Shown here one piece after another: positions 17,522 through 20,000 of a stretch of 20,000 nt of DNA (within the stretch, counting starts at the first letter, position 1; each line of letters starts with the position of its first letter). Position numbers and translations under genes: made by a program. The notes under the pieces are model-generated. The model was not told the origin of the DNA. It did not search any database and saw only the letters and a program-made list of their open reading frames with translations. This DNA is from Candidatus Eiseniibacteriota bacterium (GTDB taxonomy: Bacteria > Orphanbacterota > Orphanbacteria > Orphanbacterales > Orphanbacteraceae): assembly GCA_043809585.1 (NCBI GenBank), contig JBDROZ010000064.1, positions 46,393-66,392 of the forward strand. The letters are read 5' to 3'.

Positions 17522-19816
17522 ATGGTTCCGACAAGGCCCTTTACAAAAACCACGGTCTCCGTGAATCCGAAGAGAGGGGGGAGGCGTCTCCTTCCCCCTC
17601 TCTTGCTTCTCCTTTCCCTCCTGCTCCTTGCGCCCGCCGCGGGGGCGGAAACGATCACCGGCATCGAGGTCCGCGGCGGCGACCGGATCGGCGACCCGTC
17701 GGTCCTGAGGACCTTCGCCGTCCGGCCCGGCGACGTCTACGATCCCTTCGAGATCGCCGAGGGCATCCGGAACCTCTACGCCACCGACCAGTACGCGAGC
17801 ATCGAGGTCTCAGGTGGCGCCGCCGAGGACGGGATCAAGCTGATCCTCACGGTGCGGGAGCACCCGCTCCTCGGGGACTGGACCACCCAAGGGAACCAGA
17901 AGGTCAAGGAGAAGGACCTCTTCCAGGATACCTATCTCAAGAAGAACCTCGTCGTCACCCCCCGCACCCTCTTCCGGGAGAAACGCCGCATCATCGACCT
18001 CTACGAGGAGAAGGGCTACCGAAACGCCGAACTCGAGTACGCCTTCGCCGACGACGACTCCCTGGGACGAAAGGTCGTGTCCTTCCGCGTGACGGAGGGC
18101 CAGAAGGTCAAGGTGAAGAAGATCGAGTTCGTCGGCGCCGAGAAGATCAAGGAGAAGAAGCTGCGGGGGGCGATGAAGACGAAGCCGGACTCGTGGATCC
18201 GGAGCGGCGACTTCAAGAAGGGCGAATTCGAGGAGGATCAGGAGAAGATCCTGAGTGAGTACCGGAAGAACGGATTCCTCGACGCCCGGATCGACTCGAC
18301 GGACGTATCGGTCGGGGCGAACGGCCGGGACATGACGGTGACCGTCCACGTCACCGAGGGGGACCGGTACTTCGCGGGCGAGGTCTCCTTCGACGGCAAC
18401 GAACGGTTCGGCGACGGGACGCTCGCCGCCGCGGTGACCCTCGAGCCGGGGCACGTTTTCGATCAGGGGAAGTACGACGAGACGGTGGGCAACCTCTACT
18501 CGGTCTACACCGAGGAGGGGTACATCTTCGCGAACATCGTCCCGGAGAGGAAGGTGCGGGACGGGGACCGCGTCGAACTCGTCTTCCACATCGTGGAGGG
18601 AGAGCCGGCCAAGATCGGCCGGGTCAACATCACGGGCAACCAGAGGACCAAGGAACGCACGATCCGGCGGGAGCTGGTCGTGGCGCCCGGCGATCTCTTC
18701 CAGCGGTCCCGGATCATCCGCTCCCAGCGGGAGCTCCTCCAGCTCGGGTTCTTCCAGGACATCCGGTTCGACTACCGCCCGGTCCGGGGGACCGACGACA
18801 TCGACATCACCTTCGACGTGCTCGAGCGCCAAACCGGCGAGGCCCAGGCCGGGGTGGGCTTCAGCTCCATGAACGGCGCCACCGGCTTTCTTCGCCTCGG
18901 CCAGGTGAACCTCTTCGGCGGGGGGGAGAGGGCCAATCTGATGTGGGAGTTCGGCAACTTCGACCAACTCGAACTATCCTACACCGAACCGTGGCTCTTC
19001 GACACGCCGACGGCGGCCGGCTTCGACATCACCGTGGTCCGCCGGAATTGGGACTCGTACTACGACAAACGGAAGGGGGCGGGCGTGCGGCTCGGGCGGC
19101 GTCTCCCCTGGCTCGACTACTCGAGGCTCGACTGGCGTTACCGTATCGAGGAGCGGGAGATCGAGCCGCGGTCGAACGCGAGCGCCGCCGTGATCGCCGC
19201 CGCGGGAACCCGGACCCTCTCGAGCACGCGGCTCACCTTCACGAGAAACTCGACGGACCGTCTCTTCCATCCGACCACGGGCTCCGTCGCGATCCTGGCG
19301 GGCGAGTGGGCCGGCGGCCCCCTGCAGGGGTCTACGGAATACCAAGAGTACGAGGTGGAAACGCGGTGGTACTTCCCGAGCTTCTGGAAGTTCTTCCTCG
19401 GCCTCCGGGCCCGGCTCGGGGTGGTGGACGGACTGAAGAGCCCCTCCACCGTCCCGATCTACCAGCTCTATCGGCTCGGCGGCACCGGAATCTGGGGGCT
19501 CCGGGGCTACGACGACCGGGACGTGGTGCCCGAGGGGAACTCGTTCGACTACGGCGGGCGCTCCATGCTCCTCCTCTCGGGGGAGTACAAGTTCCCCTTC
19601 GTGGAGCAGATCTTCGGCCTCTTCTTCTTCGACGCCGGGAACACGTGGAACAGCTTCCGGGAGATCCGCCCGAACGAGCTGAAGCGGGGGGTGGGATTCG
19701 GCGTGCGCTTCGAGATCCCCATGCTCGGCCAGATGGGCTTCGATTTCGGCTATGGGCTCGACCGGGAGGGGGGGGGCGGATGGGAGCCCCACTTCCAACT
19801 CGGATCCCAATTCTAG
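17522..19816 (+). CDS. bamA: Outer membrane protein assembly factor BamA (Omp85)
   Basis: Signal peptide ending AAGA-E, POTRA repeats (Y.EKGY, YRKNGF, GNQRTKERTIRREL, LGFF), barrel NLFGGG and YTEPWLF, loop-6 LRGY, C-terminal FQLGSQF. Start could alternatively be GTG 17561. Confidence 0.94.
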   Translation: MVPTRPFTKTTVSVNPKRGGRRLLPPLLLLLSLLLLAPAAGAETITGIEVRGGDRIGDPSVLRTFAVRPGDVYDPFEIAEGIRNLYATDQYASIEVSGGAAEDGIKLILTVREHPLLGDWTTQGNQKVKEKDLFQDTYLKKNLVVTPRTLFREKRRIIDLYEEKGYRNAELEYAFADDDSLGRKVVSFRVTEGQKVKVKKIEFVGAEKIKEKKLRGAMKTKPDSWIRSGDFKKGEFEEDQEKILSEYRKNGFLDARIDSTDVSVGANGRDMTVTVHVTEGDRYFAGEVSFDGNERFGDGTLAAAVTLEPGHVFDQGKYDETVGNLYSVYTEEGYIFANIVPERKVRDGDRVELVFHIVEGEPAKIGRVNITGNQRTKERTIRRELVVAPGDLFQRSRIIRSQRELLQLGFFQDIRFDYRPVRGTDDIDITFDVLERQTGEAQAGVGFSSMNGATGFLRLGQVNLFGGGERANLMWEFGNFDQLELSYTEPWLFDTPTAAGFDITVVRRNWDSYYDKRKGAGVRLGRRLPWLDYSRLDWRYRIEEREIEPRSNASAAVIAAAGTRTLSSTRLTFTRNSTDRLFHPTTGSVAILAGEWAGGPLQGSTEYQEYEVETRWYFPSFWKFFLGLRARLGVVDGLKSPSTVPIYQLYRLGGTGIWGLRGYDDRDVVPEGNSFDYGGRSMLLLSGEYKFPFVEQIFGLFFFDAGNTWNSFREIRPNELKRGVGFGVRFEIPMLGQMGFDFGYGLDREGGGGWEPHFQLGSQF

Positions 19817-19991
19817 CCTGTGGGTGGCACGGAATCTCTGCTGCGGACTCGGCTCACGGCCTGCGAGGCCTCCTTTCCATCGCCGCTTCCTCGACTTTGG
19901 TTCGGCTAGGCCTCGGGGAGCGGCTCGTCCATGTCGGCCTCTCGCCTCGTGTGCCGACCCCTCGCGACTTGTTCCCGTGCCACCCACAGGC
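19816..19991. mobile_element. MITE-like non-autonomous element with 17 bp perfect terminal inverted repeats
   Basis: GCCTGTGGGTGGCACGG (19816-19832) and CCGTGCCACCCACAGGC (19975-19991), nested internal stems, no credible CDS. The inverted repeat is certain; mobility is inferred. Confidence 0.65.
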
Positions 19992-20000
19992 CAGGGGGCA

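Noticed and set aside
94..19987. Many long antisense and alternate-frame ORFs (e.g. 94-1962 -, 162-2762 +, 5137-7056 -, 9720-11282 -, 15800-17011 -)
   Set aside because: Shadow ORFs of high-GC3 genes: Arg/Pro/Gly-rich, no motifs, and overlapping well-supported genes.

Overview
High-GC bacterial chromosomal window of co-oriented (+ strand) housekeeping genes: ftsK (5'-truncated), a HAD-IIA phosphatase, a ~770 bp repeat-rich non-coding gap, rimO, polA, coaE, prfB (programmed +1 frameshift), lysS, lolC/E-type permease, lolD, mcsA, mcsB, clpC, bamA, and a 176 bp MITE-like inverted-repeat element. Lol and BamA genes indicate a diderm host, which also carries the McsA-McsB-ClpC arginine-phosphorylation module with no adjacent ctsR. 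I see no new protein-coding system. The unexplained signals are non-coding: a mosaic of three repeat families at 3114-3787, the foldback element after bamA, and an AT-rich palindrome inside ftsK that resembles the loop of the intergenic hairpins. All calls come from motif recognition by eye; no searches were run.
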